From positions 42 through 64,041 of the forward strand of contig LDXM01000014.1 in NCBI GenBank assembly GCA_001443375.1: a stretch of 64,000 nucleotides of DNA. Direction: 5' to 3'. This stretch comes from Chloroflexi bacterium CSP1-4. GTDB lineage: Bacteria > Chloroflexota > Limnocylindria > Limnocylindrales > CSP1-4. Both the position numbers and the translations under genes were made by a program. Shown piece by piece: positions 8,061 to 19,320 of this stretch (positions within the stretch are counted from its first letter, which is position 1; the number at the start of each line of letters is the position of its first letter). The notes beneath the pieces were generated by a model. The model was given only the letters and a program-made list of their open reading frames with translations. It ran no database searches and was not told where the DNA came from.

Positions 8061-9089
8061 TCACTGCGGTCCGGAGGCCGCCTTGAGCACCCGGCAGGCG
8101 CGCAGGGTGACCCACTTGCTGGGCGCGCCCTGCCGCTCGAAGTCCACCCAGGTCTTGCCGTTGTAGGCGTAGCGGTTCGGCCAGCGGCCGCGCCGGTCCT
8201 GGAGCGAGAGGAGCCAGTCGATCGCGCCTCGCAGGCGCGGATCGCGCGCGTAGCCGAGCTCTGTCAGGACCTCGAGCTCCTGCGAGATGTCCGCGATGTA
8301 GCCCGATGGGAAGCCGGTCTTGAACCAGCTCGTGCTCGGCTTCGTGTTGCCCCAGCCGGCGGGGTAGGCCGCCATCGCTGGGTCTACGCTGAAGAGGAAC
8401 TCGACCCCCGCGTCGATCGCACGGCGAACGTGGGGGGCTCGCCGGCGCGGCGGAACGCGCACCAGCGCCAGCAGCGCCTTCACCGCTCCCCAGGCGCACG
8501 GCAGGTGCTCGTTGATCGCGCACTCGAACCCGGGGCCGCTGGTCGATGAGCGGTAGTAGCGCTCAATCCCCTCGCCGGTGATCGAGCGAGCCTGCCAGTC
8601 GAGCGCTCGCTTCACGCGCGGATCGTCCAGCCACCCGAACCCGATCAGCGCGCGGAGCAGGTTGCCGTGGAGGCAGTGAACGACCGTGGACGGGGGCGGC
8701 GGCCGGTCGGTCTTCGCGCTCGAGGAGCCGAAGCCGCCCGACTCCGTCTGCGTGTGGGAGAGCACGTACTCGCACGCGGCTCGGATCCGCGAGTCCTTCC
8801 CGTCGGCGCCGAGCTGGTCGAGGAAGACGACCTGCCACGTCGTTCCGAGGTACTTGGGCCCGTAGCCGGCACCGGGCTTCACCCAGTAGCCCTCGGGATG
8901 CTGGGCGGCCAGGATGGCCGCGATGGGGTCGGTCCGCATGGCCGCCGCGAGCGCCTCGCGGACCTCGGGGTCGTCCTCCGGGCGATCCAGCAGCAGGCGA
9001 AGCGTCGTGTGCCGGACCGCCGGCGTCTCGGGCTCCAGGAGCCAGGGCGTCGGATCAGCATTCAGTCGCTCGAGCCAGGGGCTCTCCAT
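8061..9089 (-). CDS. Prenyltransferase/squalene-cyclase-like alpha/alpha-barrel repeat protein
   Basis: QW-like repeats (ILAAQHPEGYW, VLSHTQTESGGF, LLSLQDRRGRW) and C-terminal PSKWVTLRA. Confidence 0.75.
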   Translation of the reverse strand: MESPWLERLNADPTPWLLEPETPAVRHTTLRLLLDRPEDDPEVREALAAAMRTDPIAAILAAQHPEGYWVKPGAGYGPKYLGTTWQVVFLDQLGADGKDSRIRAACEYVLSHTQTESGGFGSSSAKTDRPPPPSTVVHCLHGNLLRALIGFGWLDDPRVKRALDWQARSITGEGIERYYRSSTSGPGFECAINEHLPCAWGAVKALLALVRVPPRRRAPHVRRAIDAGVEFLFSVDPAMAAYPAGWGNTKPSTSWFKTGFPSGYIADISQELEVLTELGYARDPRLRGAIDWLLSLQDRRGRWPNRYAYNGKTWVDFERQGAPSKWVTLRACRVLKAASGPQ

Positions 9090-9096
9090 GCCATCG

Positions 9097-9126
9097 ATTC
9101 TGACTCCGTGCGCAATCCCCTACCAT
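9097..9126. promoter_or_regulatory. Divergent pair of putative leaderless -10 elements
   Basis: TACCAT 9121-9126 is 7 nt before ATG 9134 (+); CAGAAT (rc of 9097-9102) is 7 nt before ATG 9089 (-); no SD on either. Confidence 0.45.
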
Positions 9127-9133
9127 CGTCCGG

Positions 9134-9817
9134 ATGGAACGGGTCGTCGCGTCCGATCTCGAGGGCACCCTGACCGCCGGGTCGACCTGGCGCGGCGTCG
9201 GCCGCTACCTGAGCGAGTACGGCAGCAAGGGCGCGTACCGCCTGTTCCTGTACCCGCGTTTGCCGCTGGTCTGGCTGGCCCGACGAGGCTGGATCGACGT
9301 CCAAGCGTTCCGCGAGCGCTGGATGCGCGACCTCACCCGGCTGCTGGGCGGCTGGACGGAGGCCCGCATCGACGAGATGGCGGCCTGGGTGCTGGAGCAT
9401 GAGCTCTGGCCCGAGCGCCGCGAGGTCGTCATCGCGGAGTTGGCGGCGGCACGCGACGAGGGCGCCCGGCTCATCCTCGCCTCGGGCACCTACCAGCCCG
9501 TCCTGCGGGCCTTCGCCGAGCGGATCGGGGCCGAGGCGCTGGGCACGGAGCTGGCGTACCTGGACGGGCGCGCCACGGGTCGCTTCGCAGGCACGATGGG
9601 CACCGGCGAGGAGAAGGCTGCGCGGCTGGCCGCTACCCTCGGCGGCGCCACGCTGGACGCGGCGTACGGCGACTCGGCCGCGGACATCGCCATGCTCGAG
9701 ATGGCCTCGGCCGCCGTGGCCGTGCACCCCGAGCCGGACCTGGAGCGCGTCGCCCGCGCGCGAGGCTGGCGCATCCTCGTCGAGCCTGCGGCGGCATCCC
9801 GGCCCGATCCGACATGA
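9134..9817 (+). CDS. HAD-IB family hydrolase (SerB-like phosphatase)
   Basis: Motif I variant SDLEGTLT, motif II ILASGT, K in GEEKA, motif IV AYGDSAADIAML. Confidence 0.85.
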   Translation: MERVVASDLEGTLTAGSTWRGVGRYLSEYGSKGAYRLFLYPRLPLVWLARRGWIDVQAFRERWMRDLTRLLGGWTEARIDEMAAWVLEHELWPERREVVIAELAAARDEGARLILASGTYQPVLRAFAERIGAEALGTELAYLDGRATGRFAGTMGTGEEKAARLAATLGGATLDAAYGDSAADIAMLEMASAAVAVHPEPDLERVARARGWRILVEPAAASRPDPT

Positions 9818-10791
9818 ACGCCACTGGTGCGGCCAGCCCAGTCATCCGGACCGAGAACCTTGGCCGCCGCTTCGGCGACCTGTGGGCCATCCGCGGTGTG
9901 GATCTCGAGCTGCGCGGGGGCGAGGTCTTCGGCCTCCTCGGGCCCAACGGCGCAGGCAAGACGACCACGGTGCGGGTCCTCAGCGCGCTCATCGCACCGA
10001 GCGAGGGGCGCGCCTGGGTCGACGGCTTCGACGTCCGCGAGCAGCCCGACGAGGTCCGGCGCCGGATCGGCATCCTGACCGAGACGCCCGGCCTCTACGA
10101 GCGCCTGACGGCCCGCCAGAACCTCGAGTTCTTCGCCCGCCTGCACGGCCTCGACGCGACCACCCGGGCAGAGCGCATCGAGCGATTCCTGCGCCTGTTC
10201 GACCTCTGGGACCGGCGCGACGACCCCGCCGGCACCTTCAGCAAGGGCATGAAGCAGAAGCTCGCCATCACGCGGGCCCTGCTTCACGAGCCGAGCGTGG
10301 TCTTCCTCGACGAGCCGACCGCCGCGCTCGACCCCGAGGCCGCGTTCGTCGTCCGCGAGGCGATCGCCTCGCTGCGCGGCGCCGGCCGCACGATCGTGCT
10401 GTGCACGCACAACCTCGATGAGGCCGAACGGCTGTGCGACCGCATCGGCTTCGTCCGCGGTGCGCTGCTGCGCGTGGACAGTCCCGAGCGCCTGCGCAAC
10501 GGCTCGAGCGGTCCGACGGTCCGGATCGAGCTTGGAGCGCCGGCGACCGAGGATCAGCTGGCGGCGCTGCGGGCGACGCCGGGCGTCGTGGAGATCCTGG
10601 CCGACGGCGGCAGTCCGGACGTCCTGAGCGTCGGGCTGGCCGACCTGCGCCGGGACGCACCGGCCGCGGTGCGCACGCTGGTCGGCGCCGGTGCCGATCT
10701 GCTCGGTCTGCGCGAGGAAGCTCGGAGCCTGGAGGCCGTCTACTTCGAGGTCATGGGCAGCCGGCCGCAGCTCGAAGGCCCGGTGGGCTGA
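9814..10791 (+). CDS. ABC-2 type exporter ATP-binding protein
   Basis: Walker A GPNGAGKTT, signature FSKGMKQK, Walker B VFLDEPT, H-loop CTHN. Confidence 0.93.
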   Translation: MNATGAASPVIRTENLGRRFGDLWAIRGVDLELRGGEVFGLLGPNGAGKTTTVRVLSALIAPSEGRAWVDGFDVREQPDEVRRRIGILTETPGLYERLTARQNLEFFARLHGLDATTRAERIERFLRLFDLWDRRDDPAGTFSKGMKQKLAITRALLHEPSVVFLDEPTAALDPEAAFVVREAIASLRGAGRTIVLCTHNLDEAERLCDRIGFVRGALLRVDSPERLRNGSSGPTVRIELGAPATEDQLAALRATPGVVEILADGGSPDVLSVGLADLRRDAPAAVRTLVGAGADLLGLREEARSLEAVYFEVMGSRPQLEGPVG

Positions 10792-11585
10792 TGCGCCTCG
10801 CGATGCTCGCCACGATCGTCCGGCGCGAGGCGCTCGAGATCGTGCGCAACCGGCTCCTCGTCGCGTCGATCGTGCTCCCGCCGGTCATCCTCGTCGCCCT
10901 GCCGCTCGTGCTGGGCATGTTCCCTGGCGATACCGGCAAGGACCCGCCGCCCGAGTACGTGGCACAGATCCTGGCCAGCCGCCCGGACTGGGCGAGCCTC
11001 ACTCGGGAGCACCTGATCGCGGCGTTCCTCCTGCAGCAGTTCCTGGCCATCTTCCTGATGATGCCCGCCTACGTGCCGCTTTCGATCGCCACGTTCTCCA
11101 TCGTGGGCGAGAAGCAGAGTCGCAGCCTGGAAGCCGTCCTCGCCACGCCGATCCGGACGGCGGAGCTGCTGGCCGGCAAGTCGATCGCCGCGGTGGTGCC
11201 CGGGGTCGTCACCTCATGGGTCGCGTATGGCGCGCTCATCGGGCTGGCCGGCCTGCTCCTCGGACCGGAACTCTCGGGCGTCCTCGCCGACGGATCATGG
11301 CTGGCCGCCGTCTTCCTGCTCGGCCCGGCCATCGGGCTCGTCTCGTGCGTGGCCGGGATCATCGTCAGCAGTCGGGTCAACGATGCCCGGGTGGCTCAGC
11401 AGATCGGCGGCGTGGTCATCCTGCCCATCGTCGGCATCGTCATGATCCAGGCCCTGGGCGGCTACCTGCTCGGTCCCCGCGAGTACCTCATCGCCACGGT
11501 CGTCGTGGGCGCCGTCGGCGTGGCCGGCATCTGGCTGGCGGCGCGGCTCTTCGGACGCGAGACGATCCTCACCCGCTGGCGCTGA
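10791..11585 (+). CDS. ABC-2 type exporter permease
   Basis: ATG 10791 (TGATG overlap); ~6 TM helices; SIVGEKQSRSLEAVLATPI...ELLAGK. Confidence 0.9.
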   Translation: MRLAMLATIVRREALEIVRNRLLVASIVLPPVILVALPLVLGMFPGDTGKDPPPEYVAQILASRPDWASLTREHLIAAFLLQQFLAIFLMMPAYVPLSIATFSIVGEKQSRSLEAVLATPIRTAELLAGKSIAAVVPGVVTSWVAYGALIGLAGLLLGPELSGVLADGSWLAAVFLLGPAIGLVSCVAGIIVSSRVNDARVAQQIGGVVILPIVGIVMIQALGGYLLGPREYLIATVVVGAVGVAGIWLAARLFGRETILTRWR

Positions 11586-11589
11586 GGGC

Positions 11590-11614
11590 GGCCTCATCCG
11601 AGGACGGTGAGGCC
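11590..11614. terminator. Hairpin immediately after ABC permease stop
   Basis: GGCCTCA-TCCG-AGGA-CGG-TGAGGCC inverted repeat. Confidence 0.35.
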
Positions 11615-11625
11615 ATCTCTCGCAG

Positions 11626-11773
11626 GCATTGGATCTCACCCAGCGGGGGCCTGTCTGGCCGTGGCGACCATCCAGGGCGAGCGCCGGCACCGGTACATGC
11701 CCCCCACGCATGGATACGGTGCCGGGGGCTGTCCAGCGGGGGCGGCTTCAGAGAGCTGGCCTGGATCCAATGC
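11626..11773. repeat. ~150-nt nested inverted-repeat (rod-like) intergenic element; candidate ncRNA or REP/MITE-like element
   Basis: GCATTGGATC (11626-35)/GATCCAATGC (11764-73); CCAGC/GCTGG; CCGGCACCG (11684-92)/CGGTGCCGG (11717-25); CATGC/GCATG apical stem. Confidence 0.55.
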
Positions 11774-11839
11774 GCCTCAGGAATGGACGAGCATCTTGAT
11801 CGGCGCCGGCGCTCCCCCGCCCGCCGCCGGGCAGCGAGG

Positions 11840-14634
<2,795 letters not shown>

Positions 14635-14700
14635 CGGGGCAGGCTCCTCGGAACGTGTCGGGCCGGGCTGCGCCGGCCGCGAGGTCGATGTGTCGCAGCG

Positions 14701-14706
14701 ATTGTA
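14701..14706 (-). promoter_or_regulatory. Putative sigma70 -10 box (TACAAT) for ppdK
   Basis: TACAAT ~65 nt upstream of ATG 14634; SD GAGGAG at 14644-14649. Confidence 0.5.
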
Positions 14707-14978
14707 CCGGGCTCCCCGGAGGGGACCCTGCCAGCTGCCGCCCCGAGCGCGTGACGGCCTCCAGCACGGGGTACTCGACCGCCGAGCTCCCGTGCGACCC
14801 GGTGATCCTGCCCTCCACGTTGCCTGCCCGGCACCTTGACCGGCGCCCGAGTATCGATAGGAATGGCTGCTTGCACGTCGAGGATCGCCGTGCCGCGGCG
14901 AAGGATTCCCATCGCGGCGGCGACTAACCTTGTGAGCCCCCGGTTCGGCCGGGGGAGTTACCGAGGCGGATATCCGAG

Positions 14979-15556
14979 GTGAACGATCCCGCCGCCACGG
15001 GCCGGATGGACGCGGCCAACCGAGACTGGGGTTCTGAGCTCGCGTCCACGTTCGCATCCGAGGCGGCCTTCCGGGCCTTCTACGATCGAGCCCTGCCTCG
15101 TGTCTACGGTTATGTCTATGGGCGCTGTGGGGATCCCGCCGTGGCCGAGGAGCTCACCCAACTGGCCTTCACGTCCGCCGTTCACGAGCGCGCGCGGTTC
15201 GACGGCCGCTCTGATCCAATCACGTGGCTCATCGGCATCGCCCGTCACAAGCTGGCGGACCACTACCGCCGTGTCGACCGGGACGAACATCGCCGACTTG
15301 CCTGATCGTGCGCGAGATCACGTCGGAGGCCGACGCTCTGGCCTGGCAGCGACTCGACGAGCGCGAGGCCATCCTTCGGGCGCTGCACGGGCTGCCGGCC
15401 CTGCAGCGCGCCGTGCTCGTCTTCCACTACGCCGACGGTCTGCCGGTGCGCGAGATCGCCCGCCGCCTGGGCAAGTCCGAGTCCGCGACCGAATCGCTCA
15501 TGACGCGCGCACGCGAGGCCTTCCGCCGCGCCTACGGAGAGCCGACCGATGTCTGA
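14979..15556 (+). CDS. ECF-family RNA polymerase sigma factor (frameshift near 15300)
   Basis: Region 2 (FRAFYDRALPRVYGYV..AEELTQLAF..TWLIGIARHKLADHYR) in one frame; region 4 (ALHGLPALQRAVLVFHYADGLPVREIARRLGKSESATESLMTRAR) in the next. Confidence 0.88.
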
Positions 15557-17378
15557 CGACCGCCTCCGCAGCGCCTTCCGGCTCCTCGACACTCCGCTCG
15601 ACCCGCATCCCGCCTTCGCCGAGCGGCTCTACGAATCGCTCGCGATCGAAGCGGGGTTCCGCGGTGCCATATCCCGGCGTCGCCCTTGGCGGTGGGGCAC
15701 CCTGATGCCGGCCTGGCGGACGATGACACCCGCCATGCGCCTCGTCTACCTGGCGGCGGTCGTGACGTTGCTACTGGCCGCCCTGATCGGCGCCGGGCTC
15801 GCGGCGCGGCTGCTCCTCGCCGAGCCGAGCGCTGCCGATATCGTGGCCGCCTCGCAGGGGGTGCAGCAGGATCCGCCGGCGTATCGGATGACCATCCAGG
15901 CGATCGATCCGGTGCGACGGTATGTCATCAGCTTCGACGGTCACGGGGCATGGCGCTGGGATCGCCTCGTCGAACCCGAACTCGCGGCGTCGGCGCAGGG
16001 CGCCTACGAGATCCATGCTGACGGAAGAGTCGGGCGCTTCGATCCCACGTTCCGGACGTGGTCCGTCACCGGTGACGAGCTGCGCCTCGTGGAGAACGGC
16101 ACGTGGTTGAGCTGGATCGAGGCGGTCCCCTATCAGCCGGGGTCCCCCATCCCGTGGATCTCCTGCGACAGCTGGGAACGCCTCGATGACGAGGTCGTGG
16201 CCAGCCGTCCGGCCTACCACCTGCGCTGCGCTGCTCGCGAGTTCTGGGTCGATACGACCAGCCTGCTGCTCGTGGGCATGTCGACACCGCAGGGTTCGGA
16301 AGGCGCCGGCGTATCGGGCATGGCGACGGCATTGGAGATCGATCCTCCGTTCTCGTCGGACACCTTCGCCCTGACCGCGCCGGTCGGAGCTCAGGTCATC
16401 GACCAGAACAACCCACCCGCGAGCTTGGTCCTGCGGGTCGGTGAACCGCCCCCTTCGTGGACCGCGACCTACCTCGACGGGCGCGTCCTGGACTCGTCCA
16501 AGCTCGGCCTGCCCGCCGCCGTCTATGCCTGGGCACCGTGGTGCCCGCCATGCTTGGGATCGACGTTGCAGGATCTGCAGGCCGTGGCCAGCGGCCATCC
16601 GGAGATCACGACCGTGGCTGTCGCACTGGACCAGCAGAGAACGGTCAGGGGCTACCTGACCCAGCATCCGCTCACCGTGCCGGTCGCCTACGACGACGCC
16701 GACTCCTTGATGGGCGCCTGGGCGCTGAACGGCATCCCGACATTGGTCCTTCTGGACCGCGACGGGAACGTCGCGGCGGTGCACCCCGGGCCTTTGACGG
16801 GAGCCGATCTCCAGGCGATGTACGCGGCGCTCGCTGCCGGGGACCCGATCCCGAGCCCGGTCCCGACACCGGTGCGATCTCCCGAGCCGCCGCCTCCCAG
16901 CCTGGCGCCCGGCGCGACCGAGGTCGTCAGCGGACTCTCCACCGGCGAGGCCATGCCCGAGTGGAGCGGCCCACTCGCTACGGGCGGGACGTTCCAGAGC
17001 TCGAGCCTCGTCGGGCGACCGGCTGCGATCTGGTTCTTCACGGGCGGCACCTGCGATGGCTGCCCGCTGTCCGACCTCGAGTCGTTCGCCGCGACGGCGG
17101 CGTCACTGGGCGGCTCCGCGTCGTTCGTCGTCATCAGCAACGGCGAACCGACGCCGGGCTGGACGCGGGACCTGCTCGCGAAGCTCGGCATCAAGGATCT
17201 ACAGGTGATCCTCGCAGTCGACGACGCTATCCCCCAGCGTCTCAAGATGAGCATCTTCGGAACCATCCTCATCGATGCCGACGGGCGCGTCGTCGAAGTC
17301 GTGCCCGGCCTCATGGACCCCGAGACCCTGACGCGCCGCCTCCTGGAGCTGGCCAAGGACGCGGCGACGTCGCCGTAG
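15549..17378 (+). CDS. Putative anti-sigma membrane protein with LolA/RseB-like domain and two TlpA/redoxin thioredoxin-like domains
   Basis: Overlaps sigma stop; single TM (LVYLAAVVTLLLAALIGAGL); EVVASRPAYHL..FWVD..LLL and FALTAPVGAQVID; WAPWCPPC..GIPTLVLLDRDGNV; second domain TCDGC..TILIDADGRV. Confidence 0.75.
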   Translation: MSDDRLRSAFRLLDTPLDPHPAFAERLYESLAIEAGFRGAISRRRPWRWGTLMPAWRTMTPAMRLVYLAAVVTLLLAALIGAGLAARLLLAEPSAADIVAASQGVQQDPPAYRMTIQAIDPVRRYVISFDGHGAWRWDRLVEPELAASAQGAYEIHADGRVGRFDPTFRTWSVTGDELRLVENGTWLSWIEAVPYQPGSPIPWISCDSWERLDDEVVASRPAYHLRCAAREFWVDTTSLLLVGMSTPQGSEGAGVSGMATALEIDPPFSSDTFALTAPVGAQVIDQNNPPASLVLRVGEPPPSWTATYLDGRVLDSSKLGLPAAVYAWAPWCPPCLGSTLQDLQAVASGHPEITTVAVALDQQRTVRGYLTQHPLTVPVAYDDADSLMGAWALNGIPTLVLLDRDGNVAAVHPGPLTGADLQAMYAALAAGDPIPSPVPTPVRSPEPPPPSLAPGATEVVSGLSTGEAMPEWSGPLATGGTFQSSSLVGRPAAIWFFTGGTCDGCPLSDLESFAATAASLGGSASFVVISNGEPTPGWTRDLLAKLGIKDLQVILAVDDAIPQRLKMSIFGTILIDADGRVVEVVPGLMDPETLTRRLLELAKDAATSP

Positions 17379-17509
17379 CACCCGCGGGGCTGCCCCCCGT
17401 CGGAGCCTGACCGCCTCCGCGGCCTGTGCCTGCCGCGCGACAGGATCCGCCCCGATCCGGGCTGACCGATACCATGGACGGGCGTCCGCCGCCAGAGGAT
17501 CCCGCGTCC

Positions 17510-18361
17510 ATGACCCACCACCACGAGGACCCGCGCGTCATCTCGCTCGAGTCCGAGCACTACAACGCCCGGCTCATGCGGCGCGAGGATCAGACCTCGG
17601 ACCTGGCCACCTTCTGGGTCCGCTACGAGGGCGAGCCGGTGCCCTTCGAGCCGGGGCAGTACATGACCATCGGCGTCTACGTCGACGGGAAGCTCGTCCA
17701 GCGGCCCTACTCGGTGGCGTCGGCGCCCGCCGTGGCCGGCGAGGAGGGCTACGAGTTCTACGTCCGCCTCGTGCCGGTGATGCGCTTCACGACGCTGATG
17801 TGGCGCCTGCCGGTCGGCCACGAGATGCGCATGATCGGTCCCAAGGGCAAGTTCCTCCTCGAGCCGGACGACGACCGCACGCATCTCTTCGTCTCGACCG
17901 GCACCGGTATCGCGCCGTTCATCTCGATGATCCGCCAGCTCCTGGCGGCCGGGAAGCCGCGGCGGACGGTCGTGCTCCACGGTGCGAGCTACGCGGACGA
18001 GCTGGGCTACCGCGACCTGCTCGAGGGCTGGCAGCGGGACCGCACGTACCCGGTGACCTACGTGCCCACCGTCTCGCGTCCCGCCGACCCGCGCAACACG
18101 GGCTGGACCGGCCGGACCGGCCGCGCCGAGGCGGTCGTGCAGGCGGTCTGCCGGGACCTGGGCCTGAGGCCCGAGAAGACGGTCGTCTATATCTGCGGGA
18201 ACCCGGAGATGATCCTCAACGTCGAAGCCATCCTCATGGATCACGGCTTCCCCGAGTTCCACGTCAAGAAGGAGCTCTACTGGCCGAAGGGGAAGACGGT
18301 CCCCGCGCCCGACGGCGGCGCGCCCGCCCGACCCGCACTCGAGAGTCCCGCGGCGTCGTGA
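17510..18361 (+). CDS. Ferredoxin/flavodoxin--NADP(+) reductase (Fpr-type)
   Basis: FEPGQYMTIG, RPYSVAS, STGTGIAPFISM, YICGNPEM, ELYW; start may alternatively be 17474. Confidence 0.88.
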   Translation: MTHHHEDPRVISLESEHYNARLMRREDQTSDLATFWVRYEGEPVPFEPGQYMTIGVYVDGKLVQRPYSVASAPAVAGEEGYEFYVRLVPVMRFTTLMWRLPVGHEMRMIGPKGKFLLEPDDDRTHLFVSTGTGIAPFISMIRQLLAAGKPRRTVVLHGASYADELGYRDLLEGWQRDRTYPVTYVPTVSRPADPRNTGWTGRTGRAEAVVQAVCRDLGLRPEKTVVYICGNPEMILNVEAILMDHGFPEFHVKKELYWPKGKTVPAPDGGAPARPALESPAAS

Positions 18362-18456
18362 CGTTCGGCCCCCGTTCGGGGTGCACTTCGACGGTGGAGC
18401 TACTCTGCGCCGTGCCGGACCATCGTGACGTCAAATCCACACTGAACTGGTTCGAT

Positions 18457-19320
18457 ATGCATCCGATCCTCGAGAAGACCGTCCTCTCCCCCACCGTCGC
18501 ACGCTTCGTCGTCGCGGCGTCGCGCATCGCGGAGGTCCGCCAGCCGGGCCAGTTCGTGATCGTGCGCCGCGGCCCCGGCGCGGAGCGCATCCCCCTGACC
18601 ATCGCCGACGCTGATCCGGGCGCCGGCACGATCACCCTGGTCATCCAGGCCGTCGGCAAGACGACCAGCGACCTGTGTGAGCTGGAGGTCGGCGACGCCA
18701 TCACCGACATCGCCGGCCCGCTGGGCAAGGCGACCGAACTGATCGAGGCGGGCCACGCCGTCTGCGTCGGCGGTGGCGTCGGGACGGCCGTCGTGCACCC
18801 GATCGCGCAAGGTCTGCACGAAGGCGGCGTGCGCGTCACCAGCGTCATCGGCGGGCGGTCCCGTGAATGGGTCATCTTCGAGGACGAGCTGCGCCGCTGG
18901 GGCGAGGTCGTCGCCTGCACCGACGACGGCAGCTACGGGCGAGCCGGGTTCGTCACCGAGGCGCTGCGCGACGTGCTCGACGCGGGGGGCATCGACGCGG
19001 TGTACGCGGTGGGGCCGGTGCCGATGATGAAGGCGGTCTCGGCGCTGACCCTCCCGTACGGTGTCCCGACCACCGTCTCGCTCAACGCGATCATGGTGGA
19101 CGGCACCGGGATGTGCGGCGGCTGCCGCGTCACGGTGGGCGGAGAGACCGTCTACGCGTGCGTGGACGGCCCGGAGTTCGACGGGCACAGGGTGGACTTC
19201 GGGATGCTCGCCGACCGCCTGGCCACGTACCGCAGCTTCGAGCAGGAGGCCCTCGCCAAGCGCGGCCCCTGCATGCTGAACACCCTCGCGGCCGGCGCTC
19301 CGGCAGAGGCCTCCCGGTGA
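18457..19320 (+). CDS. nfnA: NADH-dependent reduced ferredoxin:NADP oxidoreductase small subunit (NfnA/SudB-like)
   Basis: QPGQFVIVR, ERIPLTIAD, GPLG, GGGVG, VGPVPMMK, [2Fe-2S] motif DGTGMCGGCRV and CVDGPEFD. Confidence 0.9.
   Translation: MHPILEKTVLSPTVARFVVAASRIAEVRQPGQFVIVRRGPGAERIPLTIADADPGAGTITLVIQAVGKTTSDLCELEVGDAITDIAGPLGKATELIEAGHAVCVGGGVGTAVVHPIAQGLHEGGVRVTSVIGGRSREWVIFEDELRRWGEVVACTDDGSYGRAGFVTEALRDVLDAGGIDAVYAVGPVPMMKAVSALTLPYGVPTTVSLNAIMVDGTGMCGGCRVTVGGETVYACVDGPEFDGHRVDFGMLADRLATYRSFEQEALAKRGPCMLNTLAAGAPAEASR

Noticed and set aside
14710-14912. Possible small gene or gene fragment on the - strand (..NVEGRITGSHGSSAVEYPVLEAV..) between ppdK and the sigma gene
   Set aside because: No consistent frame, start signal or recognisable family; cannot be supported without a search
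18424-18445. Rex/CRP-like operator upstream of nfnA (TCGTGACGTCAAATCCACAC)
   Set aside because: Half-site spacing matches neither TTGTGAA-N4-TTCACAA nor TGTGA-N6-TCACA
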